A stretch of 59,991 nucleotides of DNA, filler included, from Circinaria calcarea (GCA_051942165.1; 11 parts of 11 records of this genome joined end to end with filler, not necessarily neighbours in it), one strand, 5' to 3'. Shown: positions 1 to 12,426, counted from the first letter of the whole stretch. Notes: a model not told the origin generated them from the sequence alone. Numbers and translations are program-made.

Positions 1-1005
1 GTTGGGGGGAGTGAGGGAGGGATAGAGCCCGTCGTGAGGAGGTTTAATGGAGGAAAAGGGCTATGAATCAATCAATCAATCAATGTAGACGATAGGATTC
101 CGGGAAACTACTCGACATAGAAAAATATAAGCGTTTCACTACATAAATCAATCGCGTGTTTTTTCATCCTCCATCTGTCTGTCTGTCTGTCTCGATTCCA
201 TCTATCTATCCTCACCTGGACCATACATAACAACCAACTACTGCTTTACCATAACATAGTGAAGTCCGGTTTTATCGTATCCATCCATCCAGAGCTAAAT
301 TTCGATCCCTCCCGCGGGGGGAAAAAACAAACTTTCCAAACCCGGGGGGGAAAGGAAGGAACTACAGTAAACAAACCACCCCCTCTCTCTACTCGCTTTC
401 TCAATTTCTGCCTAATTAATCACTTCGACCCTCAACCTCTTATCTTTTTGAACACTACCTACCTACCTACCTAGTCTACGACTTTGGGTAGGGTTATCTT
501 TTTTTCTTCTTTTTTTTTTAAAGGGGGGGGACATTGGGCAGGGCAATGCCGCCATTCGGACAGGGTCCGGTTTGTAGATTGTATATTGTGTTGTGCAGGC
601 AGGAGGTGTGAAAATAAATTATGCCAAGGGTCAAGGGTAGAAGAATGAAATAGCTACCATAACGGGGTTAGATTGATAGATAGAAGAGCCTAATGTATGT
701 GCTCGATTGGAGACAGGATTTTTTTTTTCTCTTGCTCCCTTGGGCAGTTGCTAACATCTACTTGTTCGTTTAACACCCCTAGAAATAAGATTTGTGGCCT
801 ATCGTCCCCCCATTGTCATTTACAGCGTATCAGATAAATGGCTCCCAATTGCCATTGCTAGCAATGTGGCGCTGTGAAACGTTGTAGAGCACAGTCCACA
901 CGTTAACAGCTGATCTCATCTCGGCTGAAAGATTGTAAAGCGGAGGTAATACGATTGGGACGTGCGTCGAGGCCATCCTAAGCGGCGTCATTGTAGTAAG
1001 GGTCG

Positions 1006-2612
1006 TTAGTACTCCGGCCACGAAGGATCAACATCTCGCTTCCAGGATGATAAGCCTCCCTTCACATCTCCGATCCACCTCTTCCCATCACTGTCAAATC
1101 CTAGCTGTTTCAATCTGCGTACCGCAAGCTGTGAATCATTTCCGAATCTACATAAGCAGTAGATTGAGATATCTCCGGGCCGAGTTTGAGGTTGTGACAA
1201 TGCGTTACAAAGCGCTCCAAGGGATTGATCCTCGGAGTCCTTATTTTGTCTAGCTCTGAAAGCGGACTCAATAAGAGAGTACGGAACGTTGATGCTTCCG
1301 TCGATATGGCAGATATCAAATTGAGTCGCATCTCTCACATCGAGGATAATTGGAGCCTTTCCATTGTGTTTGGATTCCAAGACGTCCTTCACCTTGACCC
1401 GTTCACTTTCATCAAGGACTGCAATCTGCTTCTTGATACCGCAAAAGACGGCATAATCGAGTGAGCCGGAAGCCAAGGCTTCCTTTGTGATGGTGGCTGC
1501 GTCGGAACATGCAATGCATCGTGCTCGTTTCCCGCGGAGACGAACGCTTCGAAAAGGCGGGTTATTGTAGGCAGAAAAGAGTAGCATGGATGGTGTATCA
1601 CCGCTGAGCCCACCTGCAATGTTTCCCTCTACTGTCTTGTTTGTACTCGCAATTATCTTGATGGCTTCTAGAGCCATCAATACACCCATAACACCCACCA
1701 CGGGTCCTAATATTCCTCCTTCCCCACAAGCAACAACGCTCTCCGCAGGTGGTGGTTTTGGAAAAACGCACCTATAGCAAGGGCCCCCGTCCGCCTTCCC
1801 ATGGTTATTCGGGGGATTATTCAGGACCATCAGTTGGCCGTCTGTTCGCAGTGCTGATGCAGATACCAAGGGTCTTCCTACAAGCACCGCGGCGTCTGAG
1901 ATGAGGTAGCGTGAAGTTGGATGATCGGTACAGTCAAGTACAACGTCGTAATTCTCTATGAGCTTAACTGATGTCACTGAAGTTAAGTGCTCTGGGTGGG
2001 TAACATAGCGAGGGTTTGGGTTGAGTCTGAATCAGTCAGAAAGAGCTTCAAAACCTATAAATATGAAAGGCATACTGACGGAGGCTTTCCTTAGCACTGT
2101 CAACCTTCAAGTGACCGACCCTGTCGGTAGTATGTAATATCTGCCTGTGCAGATTTGACAACTCGACAGTATCGCCATCTAGTAGGCCAATGGTGCCGAC
2201 ACCAGCACCCGCAAGGTACATTGCAGCGGGGCATCCCAAACCCCCTAGGCCAACGACAAGCACAGACGCGTTTCGAAGATTCAACTGGCCTTTGACGCAA
2301 TATCAGCTCAGAGACCATTCACTCTCGGATACGATAGTAGAAGAGGGTATTTTTACCTTGCAAGCCTATCTCTGGGAGGATCATTTGTCTACCATACCTG
2401 GTGTATTCCTCTGCTGCTAATGGCCACCGCCAGTCGTTGATCGCAGGGTTCTCCTTGCCGTTGCAAGGCAAAACTGGGCTGGGTACGGACGGCACATTCT
2501 TATCAGCAAAGCCCTCTGCAAGCGCGAGCTGCTCCCTCAGATCTCGGAGTTCTGATTCTAAGGTTGAAATCCTAATACGTATATTGTCGATGCTGCCAAA
2601 AGGACTGGCCAT
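1006..2612 (-). CDS. UBA4: Adenylyltransferase/sulfurtransferase (E1-like ThiF domain + rhodanese; MOCS3/Uba4), 3 exons
   Basis: [40 protein letters not shown], and a C-terminal rhodanese with CRFGNDSQ. Introns at ~2356-2290 and ~2075-2028 join the three ORF pieces in frame. Confidence 0.96.
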
Positions 2613-2790
2613 CTTTCGATTGGATATGGGAGGACTAATAATGGTGGAGATTAAGCCGATTCGTGTGTCGATTTCACGTTTAGATTAGGGCTTAGCCGCG
2701 AATCCCGCCGCGAATTTATTTCTGACATAAGTATCTATTCTCGAAAAGCTACATCTACATATCAAGCAGCGCTACCAAACTGTCTTCGCC

Positions 2791-3381
2791 ATGGTATGGT
2801 ATGGCATAGTCAAATGGTCATATCCCGCTAGCTAAGTTGTTTCTTAGGCTCCCCTCATCAAGAAGAAACATCCAATACGCACACGCGTGACCAAGTCCGC
2901 TCGAGATGTTCACACGTCACACAATTCTACTCATAGTGCGAGCGAGATCTTCAGATCATCAAAGGAGGATAAGCGCCGTATGAAGCACTCTACTTTGATT
3001 TCTCGGATCGAAAAGACAAACACCAAGGCTACCAAGCGAAGGCGGCCATCTAAGAAACTCATCGCGAACCTCGAATCTCTAGTTGACGCTCTACCAGTAA
3101 TCGACGAAGCGGAGGGAGACGAAACCGTAGTTGGCGAGGTTAGAGTTCGACATAGGAGCCTAAAAAGTAGGCCGGGCGCCATGAAAAAGAAAGAGAAGCT
3201 GGAAAAGATGGAGAAGGAACGGTTCTCCCGGAATATGGCCCAGATGGCTTTGGGCGAAGTCAGCGGGTCAAACGTAGCCGATGCAGGTATCGCTAGCACA
3301 AGTCAAGAAAATTCGAAGCGGTGGGCAGCTTTGCGAAGCCACATCCAACAGTCAATGGATCCGATCAGAAAGGCAGCCTGA
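2791..3381 (+). CDS. SLX9: Ribosome biogenesis protein, Slx9/FAM207A-like; first coding exon is only the ATG
   Basis: ATG|GTATGG intron 2794-2847 gives MAPLIKKK... Motifs KEDKRRMKH, LESLVDALP, KSRPGAMKKKEKLEKMEKERF, RWAALRSHI. Confidence 0.8.
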
Positions 3382-4159
3382 GCCCAGAAAGACGACTCGA
3401 TCTGGTGTGATACGTGACTTACAGGCGACTGTAATGGGTCAGGTACATTTGAATCAAACATCTGATGTTCAGCAGTCTCATTCAGCTTGAAGTCTTGAGT
3501 TGTTTCGTTCAATCACAGGTGCTGATACTAATGCTTGATCGCAACTCCTACCGAGGCTTCACCGCATGCTGCGGCTTATACGTTACTGTATATCTTAACC
3601 CGGGGCATCTTGGTTGCCGATCACCGGCGTCGACGGAATAGTATTACACACGAAACAGATGTGTGCTACAGCCCGCCCCCTGGCCCCTATCTGATATATG
3701 AGCAGCTACAGAAATGATCGAAGGCATGGCGGGAGGTACGGTCAACTGGGCGACAGAGCGACTGCTTCATAGTTCAGCCACCATCATGTGATGCCTCGTA
3801 TCCGATGTAAATTGATGCTCCGTCTCGGAAATCGTGTGGCGGTGAAAGGCTATAGCAACCGGTGACCTAATGATCACTGTGCAGCTTGGACCGCAAGGAG
3901 GCACACAGCCCTAACTAAATACCACCGCAGCATGGCGTAAGGCTTGCAAAACGGTTCTCAAGGGCCATGCAGTCAGCATATGACGCCACCCCCAGCGTAC
4001 TCGGGCACCTCCCGAAGGCTCAACAAACTGAACATAGCTCTACTCTCACCTACAGCTAGTCTCCGCCATCATGGGGCTGAGAGAAACCAGCTCCGCAATT
4101 GGCATTCTGCCTCGCTCGTCTTTCAGCATTCTCGACGAAAGGGGAGTTTGAGGCCGAAG

Positions 4160-5279
4160 ATGCCTTCTTTTTCAGGGGCTGTCATGGTTTATGTTACTCC
4201 TTTTTTCAGCACAGCTTTGCATTACTCACTTGCTTTTTCCTATCATAATTGCCTACATTCCATTTCATCAATTGGAGTCGTTCAGTCCAGGTCGGTCGTC
4301 GTCCATATCAATATACGAGTGTCTCGTCGAAATTGGATACCGGCTATATGCAGCACATTGCGGAGCTTTACGAACGCTTCGACCGCACGGTTGCTCCAAA
4401 CCGTCACCGGTATCACTTTCGGCGTGCACAGGAGAGAATTCGGTGACGAGTTTAGATCATCATGGACATCGAAAGAAGAGGCCCTAATGGCGAGACCCAA
4501 CGATCGAACGATGAAAGCCCCCCAACACCCGTAAATGGAGACAAGGAGCTCATTTCAACTACTCCCCATTTGCCGGCTCCCGACATAGCTCTGTCGGCGG
4601 ATACAACAGCATCCGGTCCAGAGGTGGATGGCCTTCAGGCGTCGAACTCGAGCGACACCGAAGGCAGGGATGGTATAAGCAGTTCTTCCGTTGAACGACG
4701 AACGACTGACGGCTCTCATAGTTCTGCTGGGAAATCGGGATCACGACCTCAGAGGGTTGAACGGTGGTATAGACTATGGGGATCCTCGAGCGGATTATAC
4801 AGTACATTGTGAGTCCTAATTTCGCTCCCCCATCTCAGGATCACGCAGCAAAACCCAAGAGAGTCTATCTGGTTTACAAGGCGTATCTACTAATGAGTAT
4901 AGCTCACCCCCAGGTACCGATCTGTACTACTCTACCACCGACCGATCAAATTGCACGATCTGGAGGAAGTATACGGAGTTTAGGCCAGCTCTCGAACCAA
5001 GCCAGGTCTATTCGGCAATCGGCCATTTACGTCAACCCAGCTGCGTTGGTCCCGGACAGGTTATCTCACGACGCAACAACGTCAGGTCCTAACAGTCTCA
5101 CTTCTGGCCCTGAGGATGGTTCCCCGCCAGGAGCTAGGCTTCGACCACGCCGCCGCTTCATGCGCTGGTTTCGAGATCACTTCAACCGTCAGGTACCTTG
5201 GTCTCCTTTCAGTCGTCATGATCCCCTACGAGTTCGTCGGGTTATCAGGGAGTTTGATAAGATGTTCCATCATCGATGA
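4160..5279 (+). CDS. Possible spliced hypothetical protein (Ser/Pro-rich)
   Basis: Consecutive plus-strand ORFs with a GTGAGT donor near 4809 and CTAAT...TAG acceptor near 4901. No recognisable domain; exon model uncertain. Confidence 0.3.
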
Positions 5280-5372
5280 AAAATCTCAAAACTCGGCAAC
5301 CAGAAAGTGGCGACTGGTCATGTGGTTGATATAGGGGAGGGGGGGGGTGGGGGTTTCGTTTGTCATCTATCT

Positions 5373-5472
5373 NNNNNNNNNNNNNNNNNNNNNNNNNNNN
5401 NNNNNNNNNNNNNNNNTTAATTAATTAANNNNNNNNNNNNNNNNNNNNNNNNNNNNNNNNNNNNNNNNNNNN
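5373..5472. other. Artificial contig spacer, first of ten (others at 10844-10943, 16311-16410, 21778-21877, 27244-27343, 32708-32807, 38170-38269, 43627-43726, 49084-49183, 54539-54638)
   Basis: Identical N44-TTAATTAATTAA-N44 blocks with stops in all six frames. Contig lengths fall monotonically: 5372, 5371, 5367, 5367, 5366, 5364, 5362, 5357, 5357, 5355, 5353. Confidence 0.99.
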
Positions 5473-5574
5473 ATGAAATAGTGATGTTTATTGCGTTGTT
5501 GTGTTAATATAGTATACAGCGACCGCTATTCGTTTCTTTGGGATCTCTCTACGAATCCTCTCTTTTGTGTTATG

Positions 5575-5914
5575 ACACCTAGCGTCGTCCTTACGCTAGG
5601 CGTCCGAGAGGGACTGACCTGCCAACCAATACCGTGGAAAGACGAGAAAAGGGACCTGCCGGCGTTTCGTGCGCCTATAAAAACGAGTCAAGGGACCCAA
5701 TCTTTGCCGGAGGAGGCGCTCACCTATGGCAAGTATCACGAGTGGGTGAAACGTTTAGGAGAAAAAACGGACTTCGTCCAGGTCTTAACGACCTATTTTC
5801 TTCGGCGGGCGACTGGAAATGCTACCAACGGTGAGTCTTTCCATTTTTAGTTCAAGAAATCCATAATAATCCAATCGTCTTGCTAGACGACCCTAGCTCC
5901 AACGACGCCGTCCG
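5575..5914 (+). pseudogene. Internal fragment of a DUF3435-type fungal tyrosine recombinase
   Basis: CQPIPWK...PAFRAPIKT...ALTYGKYHEWVKRLGEKTDFVQVLTTYFLRRATGNATN, intron 5831-5886, then DDPSSNDAVR, after which resemblance stops. Matches my recollection of the DUF3435 YxxRR region. Confidence 0.65.
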
Positions 5915-6373
5915 TGTAGATATGGGTTTATATGAGACAAGGAGGTAGAAGGAAAGATGGCTGGAGTAAGGGAAGGAGAGTTACTACTCGTTGGACAGAA
6001 GGACCCGAGCGACTGGATGATGGGCGAGAATACGAAGTGAGAAACACGAGATAGCACTTGATGTGCAAAGGAGCATGTGATTGCAGATAGCGCAGTATGA
6101 TATGCATATCCATCTCCTTCCTCTACTATTTATGAAAGCTTTGAGACCACTGAGCAGCATCAGGTAAAGCAGAGCGGCGACACCAAAGCTCCTATTGCGT
6201 GAGAGACAATCTGACCGGAAAATAAAACAGTAAACATGGTAAAGCATATGCAATCTGCCTCGTTTATCACTTCGCCCTTGCCTTGACCACAATATATAAG
6301 CCTCGCCATAATCATCTCCGGATTCATTCTTCTTAGGCTGCTGCATGTTGAGTGCTGAGGGCTCCCAATCTTA

Positions 6374-9140
6374 TCAGTCCTGGCTCTCAAGTGCATCTTG
6401 GAACATTTCAGTCTCAGTTATTGGAAGCTCAGGACTTTTGCTTTCTTGAAATCGAATGCCATGGACCAGCTTTCGAAACATAGTTAGCCATTCCGTAGTA
6501 ACATACGTTCGTTGTTCGGCAATCTCGAGTGCGGTCAGGCCTTTAACTTTAGGGGATGTTTGAGTAGGCGAAGTACCGGTAATTCTTTCCTCAGGATCGA
6601 TACCCTCAAGGCTGAACATGCAGAGTATTTCCAAGCATTCGATACTCCCAAATTGTGCAGCATAGTGAAGTAAACTCTCGCCAGCTTTTGTTCTGAGTAG
6701 GTGATTCGCCTTGAGCTGCAGAAGTAGACGAAGCACTTCTAGGCGATTACGCGATATGGCAACGTGAAGAGAACATTCTCCGTCAACGTTAGCTGCGTTC
6801 ATATTTGCACCTCGAGAAATGAGATGCTTCATAATATGAATATGGTTCTCTTGTGCAGCGAGCATAAGAGGTGTACTTTCTGTGTATCTTACTTGGCTGT
6901 TGATGTAGATCCCATCACCAAGAAGAGCCTTCATAATATCAACGCTAGAGCCGTAATAGCAGCTATGATGTAGTGGTAACCAGCCTTGGGCATCCATGTA
7001 GTCAACTATGCAGCCGGTATTGAGAAGCATATTAATGCAAGTGTGATTCTTGACGAAAATGGCCGCATGTAAAGGACTGCTGCTAGCGAGGGTCAACTTA
7101 TTGGCGTCTGCACCGTATTTCAGCAATAGAGAAATTGTCAAAGCATCACCCCGGCTGGTAGCCCACCAAAGCGCCGTCCTACCATGTGCGTCGCTTTCGT
7201 TAATGGCCAGTTTAGAAAGACTATCGAGTAATGTGCCGAGGTTAATCAGGGTCAGGCCGAGCACAGTCCTATGCAGTAAACTCAAATTGGAATTTTCTAG
7301 AAGGCCTTGGCCAGGGAAAAGCGCCCTTAGACTTTCAAGAGTGCTGGCGTCACCCCGGTTACTAAGAATCAATCTCCAAGCAAAATCGGTAGGGGTCCTT
7401 TCCAGGAATATTAGCCAAGTTCATGGCATATCTCCTGAATAACAAGAGCAATGCTTACTGTGAACTAAAATCTTCAATATGAGGATCGGCACCTGCGTGG
7501 AGTAATAGCTGACAGGCCTCAATTTGTCCATAAGTTACAGCATACTATTATAAATTAGCCAGATAAATTAGCATCAAGAATACCTAGCTTACAGATAAAG
7601 CTGTGTAGCCATTAGACACATCTAAATCCAATGGGGATCCGAAGCCACGTTTGATAATCTCCTTCAAGCCCTCAACATCCCCATCTACTGCGCATCGAAA
7701 AATCTTTGATGTATTACTTACGACGCGGGGTGTTCGAAGACTGAGTTCCAATCCATAGATCGATGATAGTCTTAATACTAGTATCATTGCACGTGCTAGA
7801 AGCCATGTTGGGAAGTAATATATAATCAATAAAGTTGGACTCGATTGTTGAATACAGTGTGCATCATTGCATCGATCACTGAGTTTTGGAAGACCGAGAT
7901 AACCGATAAAAAGCATTCCGATAAAACGGTTTAAGATATTAGGAGATCTCTTGTGCGATCGTTCTTTCCGATGGCAGCTGCATATACAGCTGGCCGCACA
8001 TTACCAGCGGGTAACAGAAGTTGTAATCTGAACAGTGCTCGACGCCAAGCTATAACCCATTGTTCTCCTTGGATTCAGAACTGACTGCGCATTGGTTCTA
8101 ATCCTAGACTCGGCGTTGTTTGCTACGTGTTTAGCTTCAATGATATCCATTTTCAGCTCTAACCTCTGCTGAAAATTCAGCACTTGAGCGATTGGCTTTT
8201 GCACTGCGGCTTCGTTTTCAGCCAACTTCTGGGTTTGGGCACTAGATATCCGCTGCTGGGTGTTTTGCAAGTCTCTTATCTTATCCTGGATGGTTTGAAC
8301 GGAGCTCTCTTGATCAACCGCCCTCTGGTCTTGAACTGTCTCGCTTTGTTGTTGAAATGTCTGCACTTCTTTTATCTTATCATGAATGACTTGGATAGAG
8401 TTTTGGTGATCAAATGCCCTCTGCCGCTGGATTATCTCGCTTTGATGTTGAAGCGTCTGCAAGCCTGCCGTGTTGTTCTGAATAACCTGCACTCCTTCTT
8501 GAACGCGCAATAGAGTAGACCTAGTGAGTAATTTTTAAGTTAGTAAAGGGAGTATGATCGAAGTAAACGCATTGTACGGATGATTATGGTCAATTTCCAA
8601 CGCTGCTATTAGTTAGGTTTGAAAAGCGCCGACTTGTATCGCCTGCTTATAGGACTAGAGGTTCACAAGCTTGCGGAACTGGACTTACGAGTTAAGAATG
8701 CTAAGGGCAGCTGTTAGTTTGAGCCTAACACTGCGGAGGTCCTCTTGCATTTTCTTTACCCTTTTCTGCTCTCGCAGCCACGCAGTCCTGTTGAGAGTTG
8801 CCGAGCCACTTGGCCCGGAAGCGGATGTAATTAGTCGGTTATGCAGCGCCTCCAACTCTACGACTTTCTCGTTCGCATCTCGAAGGGATTTGGTGACGCT
8901 AGCGTTAACGTTGGCTTCCCCTGGCCAACTCCCTGGGAACAGTAAACCACTGGTCTGCTGTCTCTGAAACACGTCCTGGATGGCTAGTACAACAAGATGA
9001 AGATCTGATATTTCGTTGTTCAGGGCAAGCACTAGGTCCGGAGCGCCTTTTAGGGATGCAAGCTTTCTAACCGCTTTAGCAGCCTGTCCCCCAACACCGA
9101 TGATGGTGATGATACTAGCTGTAATTGAAAGCGGATCCAT
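6374..9140 (-). pseudogene. HeLo-like N-terminal domain + Gln-rich 32-aa repeats + Cys-rich motif + ankyrin repeats; 4 exons, one in-frame stop at 8001-8003
   Basis: N-terminus MDPLSITASIITIIGVGG...KGAPDLVLALNNEISDL. Intron 8688-8521. Exon 2 reads ...TRW*CAASCICSCH...GMLFIGYLGLP...YYFPTW. Multiple ankyrin repeats (GRTALWWA, SPLHAA, LPLHHS, TPLMLAA, SLHVA, SLLHYAA). Confidence 0.82.
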
Positions 9141-9892
9141 CGCTCAGTGAAGAAAAGTAGAACACCTTTGTTAAGGAAGAAGGAATAGCGACTGTCAGAG
9201 AAGGGAGTGGCTTCATTTTCCCCTACGAGAAATAGTTAGCATATTTCAAAGCCTCGCTGGCGTCGCACAAACCATCCGATTAAGACAGAACATTGCGGCA
9301 TAGGATTGGAAGCCTTTCGTTCACGATTCGCAGAACCGTCTCGCGACCCTTCCCGACTGAGATAATTCTCCGCTTGAGGTTCAACTCCGCCTTGCAACAA
9401 GACAGGGTCAGCAATAGCTCTCAACGATCAGGGTACATCGGCCTCAAAGGCGCGTTAATCCACCAGCCAGTGAAAGTTGAAAAGACTCCTGTCGCATATG
9501 GAGCCCTGTAGATATCATGCACTACCTCTCCGCACCTTTATCCACGGCTAACGCTTAAGAATAGAACCTTGCGTATTTTCACATTTTCGTAGAAACCGCA
9601 TAGTAGCCCTATTTATATAACAAATAAGAAAGAGAATTTCTACGACATGTCACAATAAAATGTTCCCAGCTTCTAAATCATGGGGACAAATATTTTTCAG
9701 GGGGATTAACGTTCGATATAAGTCATTAAAATGCCAATAATGCCTAATGGTATATGGCGACATGTTTTCTTATTCACATAATGCGTCAATTACGTCGAAA
9801 GCTAATAGAGAGTCGAGAGCATGCATACAGCGGGGACGGATATTATGAAAATATAGGTGCGCCCACCTATTTTTACATTTTCCTGTTTCGCA

Positions 9893-9935
9893 GTTGCACA
9901 CTTTCTCGCAGACACGTTGCACACTTTCTCGCAGA
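9893..9935. repeat. 20-bp direct repeat x2 (GTTGCACACTTTCTCGCAGA, period 23)
   Basis: Exact copies at 9893-9912 and 9916-9935. A small hairpin ATAGGTG-cgcc-CACCTAT lies at 9853-9870. Confidence 0.9.
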
Positions 9936-11146
9936 TGGTGTAGATAATTTCGCACCCACCCACCTACACCACACAGGTCGTTGATCACTGCCCCAGGGCG
10001 CTGTCGCATAGATAGTGGGAGTTTCTTTGGCGCCGGAGGCATCTCTGCAAGCCATTTATGCACGCTGCGCATATGCTGGCAGCCTTCAGCACCGAAGTGG
10101 GCATGAATTTGATTTTCACCTTTTGCACGTGACTCCGACCATTGGCTAGACTATATCCGATTGCGTTGGAAGCCCTTGGCAGATTCTCCTGCTGCTCGCA
10201 GCTGAGCCGTAACTAGTGGCATCATCATATGCAGTACTTGATATTGTGCCACTTCAGCCTCATGTACAAGATCGTCGATGACTCAAACAACATACTCAGG
10301 CTATCCTTCTACTAAAGGATTCATTGGACGAAAGTGCTTGAATCCGAGCCTTTCAAGGCACCTTTTCCGAAATAGTCGGGGCGTGATGCTAAACATATCG
10401 CCGCGAGGCATCCCCAATCGCTCTCCCCTGACTTACAGCCTCACTGAAAGACCGTGGTCTTGTTGCCAAGGACTTGCACTAGATAGCGTCTGTTGTGTTT
10501 CCCGCTTTCTAGAAGGACCACAAGGTGGTTTCAACCGAAGCGGATCCCGTTCAGCAGGCTTAGTTTGTCTCCAGACTTGTATCAACATCTATCAAGATAC
10601 GAAGTTGAGAAATTCAAGCTTCATTATAGGCGGTGCTGTACAACCTTTTCTGCTACTGCTTTTTATAATCAGTGTGGGCGCTTAATTCTTGCGGGCTTAT
10701 GCCTTAGACGGTAAGTACGATATATAAAAACCACCTCTTATACCGCAATCTGTATTATTTATTAGTTATACTATTGGCCTAATGCGAAACAAATTCAATT
10801 ATTATATTCAGCTAAGATATTAGGCAAGGTATGTTTACTAGATNNNNNNNNNNNNNNNNNNNNNNNNNNNNNNNNNNNNNNNNNNNNTTAATTAATTAAN
10901 NNNNNNNNNNNNNNNNNNNNNNNNNNNNNNNNNNNNNNNNNNNGGGATTTGTAGATTGGAGATTGGAGATGAAAGGGAGGGGAACAGAGAGGATGATGGA
11001 TTCGGGAATTTTTCATGGAAAGGAAGTAGGGTTCTATGAACATGGACGGAAGGTGAAAAATTGACCGGTATATCCCGTAGTATAATTCCCGATTCCATCT
11101 ACTTCTATGCCCACCCCTCCCCCTTTTGCCCCATAAATTCTAAACT

Positions 11147-12426
11147 CTAAAATCTCCTGGTCAAAGGCGCAGGCTTATTCGCCAAGATCTCGTCAATCTC
11201 CTTCATCATCTCATCGGTCAACTTGGGGACAATTTCGAGGGATTTGACACTCTTGGTCACTTGCTCGACTTTCGACGCGCCGGTGATGGCGCTGGAGACG
11301 CGGGGGTTTTTGAGCACCCAGGCCATGGCTAGCGCGGCTAGGTCGCAGTCGAGTTTGTCGGCGATGGGCTGGGGAAGGGAAAGGAAAGGTTAGCATGGAG
11401 AAGTGGTGAATGGAAACAAAGGGGAGGGGAAAGAATGGGGGTTAGACACATACTTTCAGCGCCTTTACCTTCTCAATTCCCTTCTTCCAATCCTCGCCTC
11501 CAAACCGACCGCTCATCATCTTCTTATACTCTTCACTCGTTACCATACGACTATCTTCCGGAATTCCGTCGTTGTATTTTCCCGTCAAGATCCCCATCTT
11601 TAGCGGGCTGAAGATTGTTAGACCTGTGCCGTAATGCTCGTATAGCATTGCATATTCCTTCTCCACACGTTCGCGAGAGAGCATGTTATACTGTGGTTGC
11701 TCCATCAGAGGGCCGATAAGGTTAAGTTTGTCAGCATATTGCCAAGCGGTGGCAATTTCGTCGGCGTTCCACTCCGAGGTGCCCCAGTAAAAGGCCTTGC
11801 CTGTGTCGATGAGGTGGTTGAAAGCCCGGACGGTTTCTTCAATCGGGGTGTTGCGGTCCGGACGGTGAGCATAGACGAGGTCGACTACGAAATATCAGAA
11901 ACTAGATCACCTGGTAGGATCGACAATGGTCATACCATAATCTAATTGTAGACGTTTGAGGCTAGCGTTTAGACCCTCGACTATATGCTTCCTTGACAGA
12001 CCGCCGTTGTTGACCGGGTTATCACCGTTGGCTCCTCCCCAATATATTTTGGTGGAGATGATAAGATCGTTTCGTTTCCATCTTTAGAGAATGGGTCAGC
12101 AATATCACTGACATCGTCCTACCTCCTGGGCTTACCCAAACTTTTTGATGGCCTCCCCCATCACCTTTTCCGATTCCCCACCGGCGTATCCCTCGGCACA
12201 ATCGAAGAAGTTGATGCCAGCATCGTAGGCGGCTTTCATACACGCATAGCTGTTCTCTGCCCATCCACATCAACATGGACTGTCGCTTATACAGGACTTG
12301 GGCCGGCATACCATTCTCGACATGCCCACCGTACGTCAACCAACCTCCGAGAGAGATTGCCGAGACCTGTAGCCCCGAGCGGCCTAGGAAGCGGTATTCC
12401 ATCTTTGGGAGAGATTCTGACGCCAT
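11147..12426 (-). CDS. Aldo-keto reductase, voltage-gated K+ channel beta-subunit-like (multi-exon)
   Basis: [79 protein letters not shown] stop at 11147. Confidence 0.93.

Noticed and set aside
1..830. Short ORFs and microsatellites at contig ends (also 16291-16690, 48700-49083)
   Set aside because: Low-complexity simple repeats and homopolymers that probably caused the assembly breaks. The ORFs are spurious.
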